From positions 4,353,723 to 4,417,722 of the forward strand of contig CP070751.1 in the NCBI GenBank assembly GCA_020348445.1: a stretch of DNA of 64,000 nt. The letters run 5' to 3'. The DNA comes from Thermoplasmata archaeon (GTDB taxonomy: Archaea; Thermoplasmatota; Thermoplasmata; GCA-020350865). The translations under genes and the position numbers were made by a program. How positions within the stretch are numbered: position 1 is the first letter of the stretch; the number at the start of each line of letters is the position of its first letter. The notes beneath the pieces are model-generated. The model was not told where the DNA came from, ran no database searches, and was given only the letters and a program-made list of their open reading frames with translations. Shown piece by piece: positions 51,801 through 61,810 of this stretch.

Positions 51801-54386
51801 GGTTCCGTCGTCCATGAAAATGAATTGCGGGTCCTCTTTATCGGATGAATCCAATCCTCCAAAGTCCCATAACCAAGATACGATGACATCAGGATAAGAA
51901 GTAGAGAGGTCAGTGAACTGCACAGGGGAGCCCTCATCCTGGGGTTCGGGGGACCAGGAAAATTCGGCCTGGGGAGCCAAATCGAGTATCGTTATATTGT
52001 GCACACAAATATCTTGGGAGCCGTCATCGTCCGTTACCCTGAGGATCACTATGTAAATTCCATGGTCCATGAATGTGACCTGGGGATTTGGTTGATTGCT
52101 TGTGCCAACACCTACAAAGGTCCACTCCCACGCAACAATTACATCAGGGTAGGAGGTGGAGAGATCTGTGAATTGCACAGGCGCCCCCTCGTCCTGAGGT
52201 GAAGGAGACCAAGTGAATTTTGCAGTAGGCCCCAAATCGCGGATAGTGACATTGTGGGAAACAGAACTGGATGAGCCGTCGTCGTCCCAGACAGTGAGGG
52301 TCACCATGTAGATCCCGTTGTCCATGAACGTGAATTGAGGATGTTGCAAGTTGCTTGTTCCAAGACCTGCAAAATCCCAAAGCCAGGCAGTTATATTGCC
52401 TGTATCTGAGGTGGAAATATCAGTGAACTGGACAGGCTTTCCCTCATCCTGGGGCTCGGGAGTCCAAATAAAATCTGCATCAGGTGCCAAATCCAGTATG
52501 GTAACGTTGTGAACGCATGAATCCATGGAGCCGTCATCGTCTATCACCGTTAGCATCACAGGATAAATGCCGTCATTTGGGAACGTGAACTCTGGATTCT
52601 GTTTATTTGATGTGTCCAATCCTGCAAAATTCCATTTCCATCCAACGATATCATCTGGATCTGAGGTGGACAGGTCAGTGAACTGCACAGGTGATCCCTC
52701 GACCTGCGGCTTGGGAGACCAGTCAAATTCTGCATTGGGTCCCAAATCAAGGACAGTGACCCTGAAGTGCTCCTGCGCAACTCCACTGTCATCATCCTTC
52801 ACAGTTACTGTGACATCGTATATTCCATTGGAAGCATATACATGCTTCACAACATGTGTAATGTCCATTGGATTTATATCAGGACTTGGATATGGATCAG
52901 GTGAAACACCGTTGTTGTAGAATATCTTGACTGTATCAGATGTTGTATCACCCCAATCCCATGTGAAAGTGAGATCATCGCTTCCTGGGTCCTGAGCCCG
53001 GGCTTGGAATGTGCCGATTTCTCCTTCATATAAATGATCAAGGACCGTTACATCTGGGATATGATCTATTTTCGGTGGAATATTTTGGACCTTTACTATG
53101 GCAATTGCAGAGCCACTTGCACCGTAGGAGTCAGTTACAGTTAGTTTGACCTTAAAATTCCCATTATCACCATAATCTTGATAAATTATGGGTCCGTATT
53201 CATCTGTTATTCCATCATCATCCAGGTCCCATTCATAACTTATTATGTAATCGCCATAATCTGTATCTGGATCATATGAGGCAGAGCCGTTTAGGCAGGC
53301 AGTTTCGTTATTTTCCAATATGTTAACATCAGGAACAATTGCCACAGGTGGTCTGTTCACCAAAATCGTTTCCAAAAGCGGCTTTTCTGATTCTGCATCA
53401 TTTTTGCCGTTGCCGTTTTTATCAACAAAGGTTCTTGGTAAAAAGATTCTAAGATCGGGATTCAGTACCGGGGTAATTAATTTGTAACCTATGTACTCAG
53501 TTGTGTAATCTGTGGGTTGACTGTCCGGGGTTTCAACAGCGGCGTCGATCTTGTTTAATTTCCATTTTATAGTTATAGAACCGTCGGAGTTGTTTGTAAT
53601 GGATAAGGGCGTGTGGGTGAAGCTTGAAGGATCGTAAGAAAACCCAGAGGGGATCTTGTCTGTGACCATGATATTTTCTGCATCTTCAAATCCGATATTT
53701 GTCACCTCAAGAGTGATATTTACCTCATCGCCTATATTGTCAATCTCCTCCCAGAGAGGTAATTTACCCACAACCACTGTGGGATTTTCTCGCAGATGGT
53801 CCCAGATATCGTCCTGTGTGTCTTCGGTGTAATTCTCCATCATGGACCAGAACACATATGGAAATATCTCTCCAGATAGCGAGATTTCGATGCCATCGTG
53901 TGTGTATTCCGAGTCCTCGGTGCACCACCAGGGAGGGGGATCTTCGAGATGCATTGCAACATATTCGCCGTATTTGTATGTAAAGGAGCTTCCCGGTGCG
54001 ATTCTATGGGTTATGGTCAATACTCCGTCCTGGGTTTCGTCGTCAATATCTGGGTCATCCTCATCCATATATGCGGGACTCGGGCTCATTAGCAAAATAT
54101 ATTCATCAATTATTATTGTTTTAGATCCATAGTTATAAACTGTATAGGTTCCTCCGTAAGCTCCAAAATTCGTCTGTCTAACAATGGCATCTCCTTTGGC
54201 CCAGGCCTCCCACAGTCTTATATCAGAGGAAAGGGTCCTTATCTGTCCCTCCAAAGGACTGTCAATAGGTGAATCATCAGAATCCATACTGCTTTGTTCT
54301 TCCAACTCAAAAATACCCACCGTCATGGGATTCATGGGGACTACAATCAAGGTCAAAACCAATCCTATCGTCATTATTTGCCTCAT
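48879..54386 (-). CDS. Large PKD-repeat surface protein
   Basis: 1835 aa. Signal peptide; DUF11-like segment (VNITLEVTNIG..VTDKIPSG); many PQxEGSPVQFTDLS and DPGSDDLTFTW PKD repeats; conserved LRIAGEKYHSV C-terminal module. Confidence 0.88.
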   Translation of the reverse strand: MRQIMTIGLVLTLIVVPMNPMTVGIFELEEQSSMDSDDSPIDSPLEGQIRTLSSDIRLWEAWAKGDAIVRQTNFGAYGGTYTVYNYGSKTIIIDEYILLMSPSPAYMDEDDPDIDDETQDGVLTITHRIAPGSSFTYKYGEYVAMHLEDPPPWWCTEDSEYTHDGIEISLSGEIFPYVFWSMMENYTEDTQDDIWDHLRENPTVVVGKLPLWEEIDNIGDEVNITLEVTNIGFEDAENIMVTDKIPSGFSYDPSSFTHTPLSITNNSDGSITIKWKLNKIDAAVETPDSQPTDYTTEYIGYKLITPVLNPDLRIFLPRTFVDKNGNGKNDAESEKPLLETILVNRPPVAIVPDVNILENNETACLNGSASYDPDTDYGDYIISYEWDLDDDGITDEYGPIIYQDYGDNGNFKVKLTVTDSYGASGSAIAIVKVQNIPPKIDHIPDVTVLDHLYEGEIGTFQARAQDPGSDDLTFTWDWGDTTSDTVKIFYNNGVSPDPYPSPDINPMDITHVVKHVYASNGIYDVTVTVKDDDSGVAQEHFRVTVLDLGPNAEFDWSPKPQVEGSPVQFTDLSTSDPDDIVGWKWNFAGLDTSNKQNPEFTFPNDGIYPVMLTVIDDDGSMDSCVHNVTILDLAPDADFIWTPEPQDEGKPVQFTDISTSDTGNITAWLWDFAGLGTSNLQHPQFTFMDNGIYMVTLTVWDDDGSSSSVSHNVTIRDLGPTAKFTWSPSPQDEGAPVQFTDLSTSYPDVIVAWEWTFVGVGTSNQPNPQVTFMDHGIYIVILRVTDDDGSQDICVHNITILDLAPQAEFSWSPEPQDEGSPVQFTDLSTSYPDVIVSWLWDFGGLDSSDKEDPQFIFMDDGTYVVTLTVTDDDGSTHSKSHNVTIRDLAPTANFQWSPEPQSEGSPVQFTDNSTSYPDLIVGWMWDFGDGGSSTLTDPIHIYGDNDVYLVTLTVTDDDGSTDSISYNVTILNVPPTIDAGQNRTVYEGDTVSISCPFFDPGWLDTHIATIAWGDGTSDTGVVNEINGSGTVSGDHVYGDDGVFIVTVTVTDDDGDSGSDVFLVMVNNVAPSIVSLNNHVVDENTPITLNGHVTDPGSDDLTFTWNWGDGTSDTVIIYYNNGVSPDPYPSPDVNPMDVIDSQTHTYGDNGVFIVTLTVKDDDNGTTVVTTNITVNNVAPQIEPVDDEETDENQAVSLSATAYDPGSDDLTFTWDWGDGTSDTVTVYYNNGVSPDPPLSPDINPMNITDFVSHTYGDNGVFTVTLTVKDDDGDITVITIDITVHNVAPEIDPLSTYETDENVGVTLSGTASDPGSDDLTFTWDWGDGTSDTITIYYNNGISPDPYPSPEINPITVTDTVSHTYGDNGVFTVTLTVEDDDNGVTQRTTTVTVNNVAPTIDHLLPYETDENLAVSLSGHATDPGSDDLTFTWSWGDGTSDTITIYYNNGVSPDPYPSPEINPRDITDVVTHTYGDNGVFTVTLTVEDDDNGVMVVTTNVTVYNVAPSLSVDRSIKVVDEGSPITLEGHSTDPGSDDLTFTWNWGYGASDTNTIYYNNGASPDPYPSPEINPMDIVDSATHTYGDNGNFDVLLTVVDDDGGEISIIINVIVRNVAPTVKIEAFMYVDLTLRIAGEKYHSVGIHLLEDGKDILAAMITRRPGNPDEQTGTIVGARIDVTKTYTVLIDYLPNDPRVNGNVWGANPVWVDIGFEDGDSKRLHHTFNVRKSYWNSDHWNHIDPWEVELNPHLLGHNITLEGIATDPGSDDLTFTWDFGDGATAGPTTYYNNGVSPDPYPSPDINPMNVTDTCVHAYTTAGTYTITLVVEDDDGAVTVTTLEIGL

Positions 54387-54628
54387 ACTATTCCTCCCTA
54401 TTCTTTTTGATATAGGGGTTAACCCCCCATATAGAGGCTTTTTTTCGAATCAAGTGACATATATATGCATAAGGGGGGTTAATATTTTTGGTTCAGTTGT
54501 AAAAATTAAGTTTATTCTTTATAAAGTTTCTATGGTAATTACCACGAAAACACCATGTTATCTTTTTTACCTCCAGATGTATCTTTTAAAATAATGAAAA
54601 AAAGAGAAATTAAAAAAAAGCAATAAAC

Positions 54629-56023
54629 TCAGGTTCCGGGCCAGAACTGTTCAATGTACTTCTTGTCGATTCTTGTCAACTGCTCCTTTGGTAATGTGGA
54701 CATAAGCTCCCATCCAAGGCCCAGCGTCTCCTCTATGGACCTGTCCTCGTCCTCTGTCTGGGCAATGAATCTTCTTTCAAAGATGTCGGCGAACTCCAAA
54801 AACTTCCTGTCCCTTGGAGTCAAAGCCTCCTCTCCAACAACAGCAACAAGCTCCCTGAGATCAACTCCCTCTGCATAGGCTGCGTACAACTGATTTGAGA
54901 CATCGTCGTGGTCCTCCCTTGTCCTGCCCTTTCCAATTCCCTGTTTCATAAGCCTGGACAAACATGGCAGCACATCAACAGGCGGTCTTATACCCCTTCT
55001 GTGAAAGTCCCTGGAAAGCACTATCTGTCCCTCGGTAATATATCCAGTCAAATCAGGTATCGGATGCGTGATGTCATCATCAGGCATTGTTAAAATTGGA
55101 ATCTGGGTGATTGTGCCCTCTTTCCCAAATATCCTGCCCGCCCTTTCATAGATACTTGCCAAATCTGTATACATGTATCCAGGATAGCCTCTTCTTCCTG
55201 GAACCTCTTCCCTTGCAGCAGCGATCTCCCTAAGAGCCTCGCAGTAGTTTGTCATGTCAGTTAAGATCACGAGAACGTGCATGTCATTGTCAAAGGCAAG
55301 AAACTCTGCGGCAGTCAAGGCCATCCTTGGAATGATGATTCTCTCGATTGCGGGATCGTCTGCCAAATTCAAGAACAAAACTGCACGCTCTAAAGCACCT
55401 GTTCTCTCAAAGTCATTTATAAAATAATTTGATTCCTCTGCAGTGATTCCCATTGCACAGAACACGACAGCGAACTCCTCCTCCTGCCCCTTTACCTTTG
55501 CCTGTCTTGCAATCTGTGCCGCAAGGCTGTTGTGGGGTAAACCAGAGGCTGAAAATATAGGTAACTTCTGTCCACGAACCAGGGTGTTCAATCCATCTAT
55601 AGTTGAAATTCCACTCTCGATAAACTCCCTTGGATACTCCCTTGCAGAGGGATTAATTGGCTGGCCATTTATGTCCCTTCTTTCAACAGGTATGATTTCA
55701 GGGCCGCCGTCTATGGGCCTTCCAGTTCCGTCAAAGACCCTTCCCAGCATATCAGTTGATACAGGAAGCTTCATTGTCTCTCCTATGAACCGTACAGAGG
55801 TGCCCTTGGTATCAAGGCCTTTTGTGCCCTCGAACACCTGGACAACTGCTGTTTCAGTCCTTGCCTCGAGAACCTGCCCCAGTCTTTCTGTACCATCTGA
55901 AGCCCGAATCCGCACCACCTCTCCAAAGGCCACACCTCGGACCTTCTCAACAACCATAAGGGGACCTGCGATTTCAGCCACAGTGGTGTACTCCTTGCTT
56001 TTTGATGTGTCGAGCATTGCCAT
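54629..56023 (-). CDS. atpB: A/V-type ATP synthase subunit B
   Basis: [60 protein letters not shown]; start taken after the GGAGGTGA RBS. Confidence 0.97.
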   Translation of the reverse strand: MAMLDTSKSKEYTTVAEIAGPLMVVEKVRGVAFGEVVRIRASDGTERLGQVLEARTETAVVQVFEGTKGLDTKGTSVRFIGETMKLPVSTDMLGRVFDGTGRPIDGGPEIIPVERRDINGQPINPSAREYPREFIESGISTIDGLNTLVRGQKLPIFSASGLPHNSLAAQIARQAKVKGQEEEFAVVFCAMGITAEESNYFINDFERTGALERAVLFLNLADDPAIERIIIPRMALTAAEFLAFDNDMHVLVILTDMTNYCEALREIAAAREEVPGRRGYPGYMYTDLASIYERAGRIFGKEGTITQIPILTMPDDDITHPIPDLTGYITEGQIVLSRDFHRRGIRPPVDVLPCLSRLMKQGIGKGRTREDHDDVSNQLYAAYAEGVDLRELVAVVGEEALTPRDRKFLEFADIFERRFIAQTEDEDRSIEETLGLGWELMSTLPKEQLTRIDKKYIEQFWPGT

Positions 56024-56024
56024 T

Positions 56025-57797
56025 TCAGTCACCTCCCAAAGAGGCGATCTCATTTTTTATATTCTCTTCGATCTTGGTAAAAGGGCCTTCAAAATTATCA
56101 TTTGGTACGGTTGCCATCCTGCCTATGCTCTCCCTGGTCTTCATGCCCTTCAACTTCTCCATCTGAACACCAGTTTCAACGGCATCATCCAGAAGATCGT
56201 AGTAATTCAGCATTATGCGCATCATCTCGTACTGCTTCTTTGCAGGACAGTAAGTGTCGATATCGTGGAATGCGTTCTGCTGTAAAAAGTCCTCTCTAAT
56301 CGCCCTTGCACCTTCCAATACAGCCTGTTCCTTTGGAGGCAGGGCATCAGGTCCAACAAGCTGGATGATCTCCTGTAGCTCGTTCTCCTTTTGAAGCAGC
56401 TGCATTGACTTTCTTCTCATATTGAGCCATTCCCCGCCAATATCCTTTTGCCACCAGTCTTTTACATGATCAACATAAAGTGAATAGGATCGCAACCAAT
56501 TGATTGACGGGAAGTGCCTTCTGTCGGCGAGGTCAGCATCCAAGGCCCAGAACACCTTCACGATGCGAAGGGTATTTTGGGTAACTGGCTCTGAAAAGTC
56601 ACCGCCAGGTGGAGACACGGCACCAACCACTGTAATTGAACCGAGCTTCTCCTCAGAACCTATGACCTCAACTATTCCTGCCCTCTCATAGAACTGGGCC
56701 AGTCTAGACGCAAGATATGCGGGGTAGCCCTCCTCTCCAGGCATCTCCTCCAACCTTCCCGAAATCTCCCTCATTGCCTCTGCCCATCTTGAGGTGGAGT
56801 CAGCCATCAGGGCCACATCATAACCCATATCTCTGTAATACTCAGCTAAAGTAATACCAGTGTAAACACTTGCCTCCCGAGCAGCCACTGGCATGTTGCT
56901 TGTATTGGCGATGAGCACTGTTCTGTTCATAAGAGGCTCTCCGGTTCTGGGGTCCTCCAGTTTGGGAAATTCCCTGAGAACGTCAGTCATCTCGTTGCCT
57001 CTTTCCCCGCAGCCAACATACACGATTATATCAGCATCGCACCATTTTGCAAGCTGATGCTGCATCACTGTTTTCCCTGTTCCAAAACCACCTGGGATTG
57101 CTGCAGTTCCTCCTTTGGATATTGGAAAGAACGCATCGAAGATCCTCTGGCCAGTTATCAGGGGGAATTTGGGGTCAAGCTTCTTCTTAAAATGCCTTTC
57201 CATACGCACAGGCCACCTCTGGAGCATGGCAATCTCCTTTACTCCAGATGAGGTGTTGATCTTGGCAATCACATCCTCGACCTTGTAATCACCTTCAGCT
57301 GCTATCTCAGCCACCTCTCCCTCAACTCCCCAGGGCACCATGATCCTATGCTCCACAACAGGTGTTTCAGGCACTATGCCCAAGATATCACCGGGCTGGA
57401 CCTTTGTGCCCGGGGCAACAGATGGTGTGAAATGCCACATCTTCTCTCTATTTACAGCTGGTATCTCAACCCCTCTTGCTATGAAATCACCTGTCGCCTC
57501 CTTGATCAGAGGCAGGGGTCTTTGGATACCGTCGTAGATCTGGCCCATGAGCCCAGGCGCGAGCTCAACTGAAAGAGGGATTCCTGTTCTATCCACGGGC
57601 TCCCCTGGTACCAAGCCAGTTGTCTCCTCATACACCTGGACTGTCACAGTGTCCTCCTTTAGCTCGATGATCTCGCCGATAAGGCGCTCCTTTCCCACCC
57701 TGACAACATCGTACATCTTGGCTCCGCGCATCCTGTCAGCAACCACCACCGGTCCTGCGATCTTTATGATGGTTCCAATCTCTTCAACTTCATCCAT
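56025..57797 (-). CDS. atpA: A/V-type ATP synthase subunit A (no intein)
   Basis: PGGFGTGKT Walker [35 protein letters not shown]. Confidence 0.98.
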   Translation of the reverse strand: MDEVEEIGTIIKIAGPVVVADRMRGAKMYDVVRVGKERLIGEIIELKEDTVTVQVYEETTGLVPGEPVDRTGIPLSVELAPGLMGQIYDGIQRPLPLIKEATGDFIARGVEIPAVNREKMWHFTPSVAPGTKVQPGDILGIVPETPVVEHRIMVPWGVEGEVAEIAAEGDYKVEDVIAKINTSSGVKEIAMLQRWPVRMERHFKKKLDPKFPLITGQRIFDAFFPISKGGTAAIPGGFGTGKTVMQHQLAKWCDADIIVYVGCGERGNEMTDVLREFPKLEDPRTGEPLMNRTVLIANTSNMPVAAREASVYTGITLAEYYRDMGYDVALMADSTSRWAEAMREISGRLEEMPGEEGYPAYLASRLAQFYERAGIVEVIGSEEKLGSITVVGAVSPPGGDFSEPVTQNTLRIVKVFWALDADLADRRHFPSINWLRSYSLYVDHVKDWWQKDIGGEWLNMRRKSMQLLQKENELQEIIQLVGPDALPPKEQAVLEGARAIREDFLQQNAFHDIDTYCPAKKQYEMMRIMLNYYDLLDDAVETGVQMEKLKGMKTRESIGRMATVPNDNFEGPFTKIEENIKNEIASLGGD

Positions 57798-57833
57798 ATC
57801 TACACCACCTTTCTGATTTTATTATCTATCTTT

Positions 57834-58163
57834 CTATTTGACATCGCTTGCCTCGATATCCAGGCCAACAGCCCTTTTTATGAGAATGCGGATGGGATCC
57901 TCCTTTTCCATGGGTCCTCTTTTATCCTGAACCTCTACAATCAGGGGATACAAGGGCCTCTCCTCCCTAAATCTTTGTATGTCCTCTCTAAGGGAATGGG
58001 CGTACCTTTCAGTGATTATCAGAACACCCATATCGGGGTCTTGCATCACCTCTGCCAGGGCGGTCTTCGCCTCCTCTCTATTGCCAACTGCGTATAAATC
58101 CTTTATCCCGGTAAGTGCGAAACCCATTGTGGTATCCTTGTCCGCGATGACAGAGATCTTCAA
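57834..58163 (-). CDS. atpF: A/V-type ATP synthase subunit F
   Basis: MKISVIADKDTTMGFALTGI, GVLIITE, PLIVEV; operon position. Confidence 0.92.
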   Translation of the reverse strand: MKISVIADKDTTMGFALTGIKDLYAVGNREEAKTALAEVMQDPDMGVLIITERYAHSLREDIQRFREERPLYPLIVEVQDKRGPMEKEDPIRILIKRAVGLDIEASDVK

Positions 58164-59332
58164 ATTCCTTCCTCCATAATGAGCATGGGCATGATTCTCT
58201 CTGGCGATAATCCCTCATGCATTCCCCGAAGCACGGCCTTGATGTTCCTAACCTCGAATTCCTTTGCAACTATGAACTTTATCGTGGGCCCGGCTGCTAT
58301 GAGGGCGCTGCTTGATATCTCCTGTGCTTCTGTAAGAAGCAGTTTATCAAGGGCCATCTCAAAGGAGTAGATGCTCCTTGACACGTTATAATCCTGCATG
58401 GCGTTTCTCATGATCTCCAGATACGGAGTGCCCTCCAGTTCTGTTATCATCTCAGGGATGCCCTTTACCTCGATTAACTGGCGCAGCTTCCATAAAGCCA
58501 GAATCCTGCCACCTTCAACAAGGAAGCGCTCTGTTGTTTGTGGATCAAGACCCTGCTGCTTCGACCTTATTATATGCTTCAGGTTCGTTATGTCTGCATG
58601 CTTGCCTATAAAGAGTGTTACAGTCTCAGAAACAGAGGTATCAACCCTTGTTATCGACAACCGCAGCTCCTTGGAGAAGAACTGATCAAGTGCGAGATCC
58701 AATGCAACGATGTCGTCCTTGTACTCGCCTGCGGTTTTGCTCAATGTGTCACCGAACCTTGTGGATTTAACTGCACTTATAACCTCATCAACACTGCCTG
58801 CTTCGAGCATGTTCTCTATTATCTCTTCATCTATTTCCTTAACTGGAACGAGCCTCATCTTCAAGTCTTCGAATGACATACCGTTTTTCTTGGCACGTAA
58901 TGCTTTTTTGACCTGCATGGCATCGTATTTGATGAGATAGGCCTCCAAAAACGGCCTTAGGCTCTGAGGATCAGAGGCGAGCACCTTCTTCAAGAATTCC
59001 ACATGGGTCAGCTCAATCAGTCTCTCGGCCTCGTCCAATCCCACTTTCTCGATGTTGGGGGGCAGCTTGTACCCCTCCTTTGATATCTCCAATGCCGCCT
59101 CTTGGGAGCTTGACAACTCCAGAAGCTCGGTGAGCCTCTTTTTCGTGACAAAGGGATTTCCCATTGCCCGAAGCCTGGCATTGGGATACGAGAAGCTGGC
59201 AATCGTGATTAGGATATTGAAGTAGCTCATAAGAAGAATGATGGTTATAAGAACAGCGACACCAATAACCAAGAGAGCAAATGCCAGGGTATCTTTCAAT
59301 ACCAGCTCTTCAATTATTTCCATAAGACCCAA
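58160..59332 (-). CDS. atpC: A/V-type ATP synthase subunit C (N-terminal hydrophobic helix)
   Basis: SYPNARLRAM, DITNLK.IIR, AKEFEVRNIKAV; operon position. Confidence 0.92.
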   Translation of the reverse strand: MGLMEIIEELVLKDTLAFALLVIGVAVLITIILLMSYFNILITIASFSYPNARLRAMGNPFVTKKRLTELLELSSSQEAALEISKEGYKLPPNIEKVGLDEAERLIELTHVEFLKKVLASDPQSLRPFLEAYLIKYDAMQVKKALRAKKNGMSFEDLKMRLVPVKEIDEEIIENMLEAGSVDEVISAVKSTRFGDTLSKTAGEYKDDIVALDLALDQFFSKELRLSITRVDTSVSETVTLFIGKHADITNLKHIIRSKQQGLDPQTTERFLVEGGRILALWKLRQLIEVKGIPEMITELEGTPYLEIMRNAMQDYNVSRSIYSFEMALDKLLLTEAQEISSSALIAAGPTIKFIVAKEFEVRNIKAVLRGMHEGLSPERIMPMLIMEEGI

Positions 59333-59333
59333 T

Positions 59334-59942
59334 TTACTCCTCCTTTACCTTGGCTTGTTTTGCTTGAAACAGTATCTCGGCAACCTCCCTTCGAAGGTCG
59401 TTTCTGAGCCTTTCGAGCACACCCTCGAATGTGGCGTCTATTCGTGATGTACCGTCCTTTGCCAAGATCACCAAACCACCGATATTATCAAAGCCTTGAG
59501 AGGACACCTTTATTCTCGGGTCCACTGCAGATGCTAATCTCTGAACGAGCTGCTGGTCTTTTGCATTGCACAGCACATCAAATTCGCTTCCCATTTCTGT
59601 TGCAGCACTTTTTAGGGCTGCGCTTATGTAGCGTTCTGTGGAATTTAAATCCACCTCCTTAAGGCGTGCTTCTGCAAGGGCGAAGGCCTTTGAGATAACG
59701 TCTTCCTTTGCATTGAGCATCATCTTTCTGGCTTCAAGTTTCCCCTCGGACGTTGCCCGGCTTCTCTGTATCTTTATGACCTTTTCGGTCTCGAGTTCCA
59801 TGGCCCTTTTCTCCTTTTCAAGCTCTGATTTGGCCTGACTCAATATCTTTTTTGCTTCTTTCTTGGCCTCATCTATCTGCTGCTTGGCTTTTTGCGATGC
59901 GTCCTTTTTAATTCTGCTGGTGATGTTCTCAACTGCCCCCAT
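59334..59942 (-). CDS. atpE: A/V-type ATP synthase subunit E
   Basis: MGAVENITSRIKKDA coiled coil; GGLVILAKDG..RIDATFEG.L; operon position. Confidence 0.9.
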   Translation of the reverse strand: MGAVENITSRIKKDASQKAKQQIDEAKKEAKKILSQAKSELEKEKRAMELETEKVIKIQRSRATSEGKLEARKMMLNAKEDVISKAFALAEARLKEVDLNSTERYISAALKSAATEMGSEFDVLCNAKDQQLVQRLASAVDPRIKVSSQGFDNIGGLVILAKDGTSRIDATFEGVLERLRNDLRREVAEILFQAKQAKVKEE

Positions 59943-59947
59943 GAAGT

Positions 59948-61810
59948 TCAGCCCCCCATCAATTTGATACCGAACATGATCAGTATGGCGATAAGCAATC
60001 CAAATATCGCGAATGTCTCTGACATGACTGAGAATATGATGCTCTTCCCAAAGGCCTGGGGATTTCTGGCTGTGGCACCGATGCCCGCACTGGCTGTTAT
60101 ACCTTGACCTATGGCAGACAGTCCCGATATTCCTATGGCAAGACCTGCTCCCAAAGCGGCAAGTCCCATGCCTTCAGTTGCCGTGAATTCCCCAGTGAAC
60201 ATGCCTGTGAATGCCATAAGAAGTATGGCAATGAGCAAACCGTAGATGGCCTGGGTCTCTGGGAGAACAGAGAACACGATACCTTTGCCGAACATCTTGG
60301 GATCCTCTGCCGTGGCTCCGACACCGCCGCTTGCAGCTATGCCCTGACCTATTGCAGACAAACCCGCGATTCCTATTGATAGACCGCAGGCAATGGCCAC
60401 AAGACCGATTCCAATGCCTTGGTCAACTGCCTCGTTAAGTGATACAATATCCCCTGCAAACAGCCCTCCAAAGGCCATAAGAAGTATGGCAACGAGCAGC
60501 CCGTATATAGCTTGTGTCTCTGGGAGAACAGAGAAGACAATGCCCTTTCCAAACATCTTGGGATCCTCTGCCGTGGCCCCGATACCTCCTGACGCTGCAA
60601 TGCCCTGACCTATTGCAGACAAACCTGCAATTCCAATTGAAAGACCGCAGCCAATTGCAATGAGTCCCACAGCAACAGAGACCACAGAAAAGTCCTGGGC
60701 AAACATGCCTGTGAAGGCCATAAGAAGTATAGCGATGAGCAGTCCATAGATGGCCTGGGTCTCGGGAAGAACAGAGAACACAATGCCCTTGCCAAACATC
60801 TTGGGATCAGATGCAGTTGCACCTACACCCCCGCTTGCCGCAATGCCCTGGCCTATGGCAGAAAGTCCTGCCACACCAATTGAAAGACCGCAGCCAATGG
60901 CCACAAGTCCCACTGCTGGAACATTTCTTACTGCCTCAAAGTCTCCCCCGAGAAGGCCAGAGAAGTTCATAAGAAGTATGGCCACCAGAAGGCCGTATAT
61001 GGCCTGGGTCTCAGGTAAAACCGAGAATACTATGCCCTTGCCCAGCATCTTCGGGTCGTTTGCAGTGGCAGATATGCCACTTCCAGCTGCAATTCCCTGG
61101 CCTATTGCTGAGAGACCAGCTAGGCCCACTGCAAGACCGCAGCCTATTGCAACAAGACCGATTGTGATGGGGATGTCCCCTCCTGTGCCCCCTAGAAGTC
61201 CGCTGTACATGAGTATCATGATGGCAATCAACAGCCCGTAGATGGCCTGGGTCTGGGGCAGGGCCTGGAAGACCAGGGATTTTCCGAACATTTCGGGCTT
61301 CTCAGCCACTGTGCCGGCCCCTGTAGCACCAGTTATACCAACTCCTATCCCGGCACCCATACCTGCAATTCCAATGGCAAGGCCTGCTCCGATGGCAGCC
61401 AAATATGCCCCTGTGCTCAATTCATCCTTGCCTCTGACCTTGATTGTCACTGTGTCCCTGTCAGAAAGACCGTTTTCGTCAGTAACCTTGAATTTCACCT
61501 CGTAGGTGCCGGCTTCATCATAAGTATGGGTGACATTGCTTGAGGTTTGATTTATTTCATATACTCCATCCCCGTTGAAATCCCATTTATAATAGAGTAT
61601 CGTGAAATTGGTTGTGGCAGAGCCAGTTACTGTGAATTCCTCCCCCTCCTGAACCTCCATATCCCCTCCAGCATGGGCAATGGGTCCATCTTGAGCACTA
61701 GCAATGGGTATGACCAGTGATAGTATCAGCACAAACGCACTCAGAAATAGCACGAGGCCAAGGTATTTTCTTTGCCTTCCCAAACCTGTATTTTCTTTAT
61801 TTCGGCTCAT
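59948..61810 (-). CDS. atpK: A/V-type ATP synthase subunit K (c): signal peptide + PKD domain + six proteolipid hairpins
   Basis: Six repeats of GxGLx.G.AGxxAIGQG..FGK..F..LP[Q/E]TQAIYGLL; N-terminal PKD (YYKWDFNGDG..THTYDEAGTYEVKFKVTD). Confidence 0.93.
   Translation of the reverse strand: MSRNKENTGLGRQRKYLGLVLFLSAFVLILSLVIPIASAQDGPIAHAGGDMEVQEGEEFTVTGSATTNFTILYYKWDFNGDGVYEINQTSSNVTHTYDEAGTYEVKFKVTDENGLSDRDTVTIKVRGKDELSTGAYLAAIGAGLAIGIAGMGAGIGVGITGATGAGTVAEKPEMFGKSLVFQALPQTQAIYGLLIAIMILMYSGLLGGTGGDIPITIGLVAIGCGLAVGLAGLSAIGQGIAAGSGISATANDPKMLGKGIVFSVLPETQAIYGLLVAILLMNFSGLLGGDFEAVRNVPAVGLVAIGCGLSIGVAGLSAIGQGIAASGGVGATASDPKMFGKGIVFSVLPETQAIYGLLIAILLMAFTGMFAQDFSVVSVAVGLIAIGCGLSIGIAGLSAIGQGIAASGGIGATAEDPKMFGKGIVFSVLPETQAIYGLLVAILLMAFGGLFAGDIVSLNEAVDQGIGIGLVAIACGLSIGIAGLSAIGQGIAASGGVGATAEDPKMFGKGIVFSVLPETQAIYGLLIAILLMAFTGMFTGEFTATEGMGLAALGAGLAIGISGLSAIGQGITASAGIGATARNPQAFGKSIIFSVMSETFAIFGLLIAILIMFGIKLMGG

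Noticed and set aside
56025-57797. Intein in ATP synthase subunit A
   Set aside because: The protein is normal length (590 aa) and the Walker A region is uninterrupted.
60104-61505. Alternative-frame ORFs repeated across atpK
   Set aside because: They simply mirror the hairpin repeats of atpK. Their synonymous divergence argues that the repeats are real rather than separate genes.
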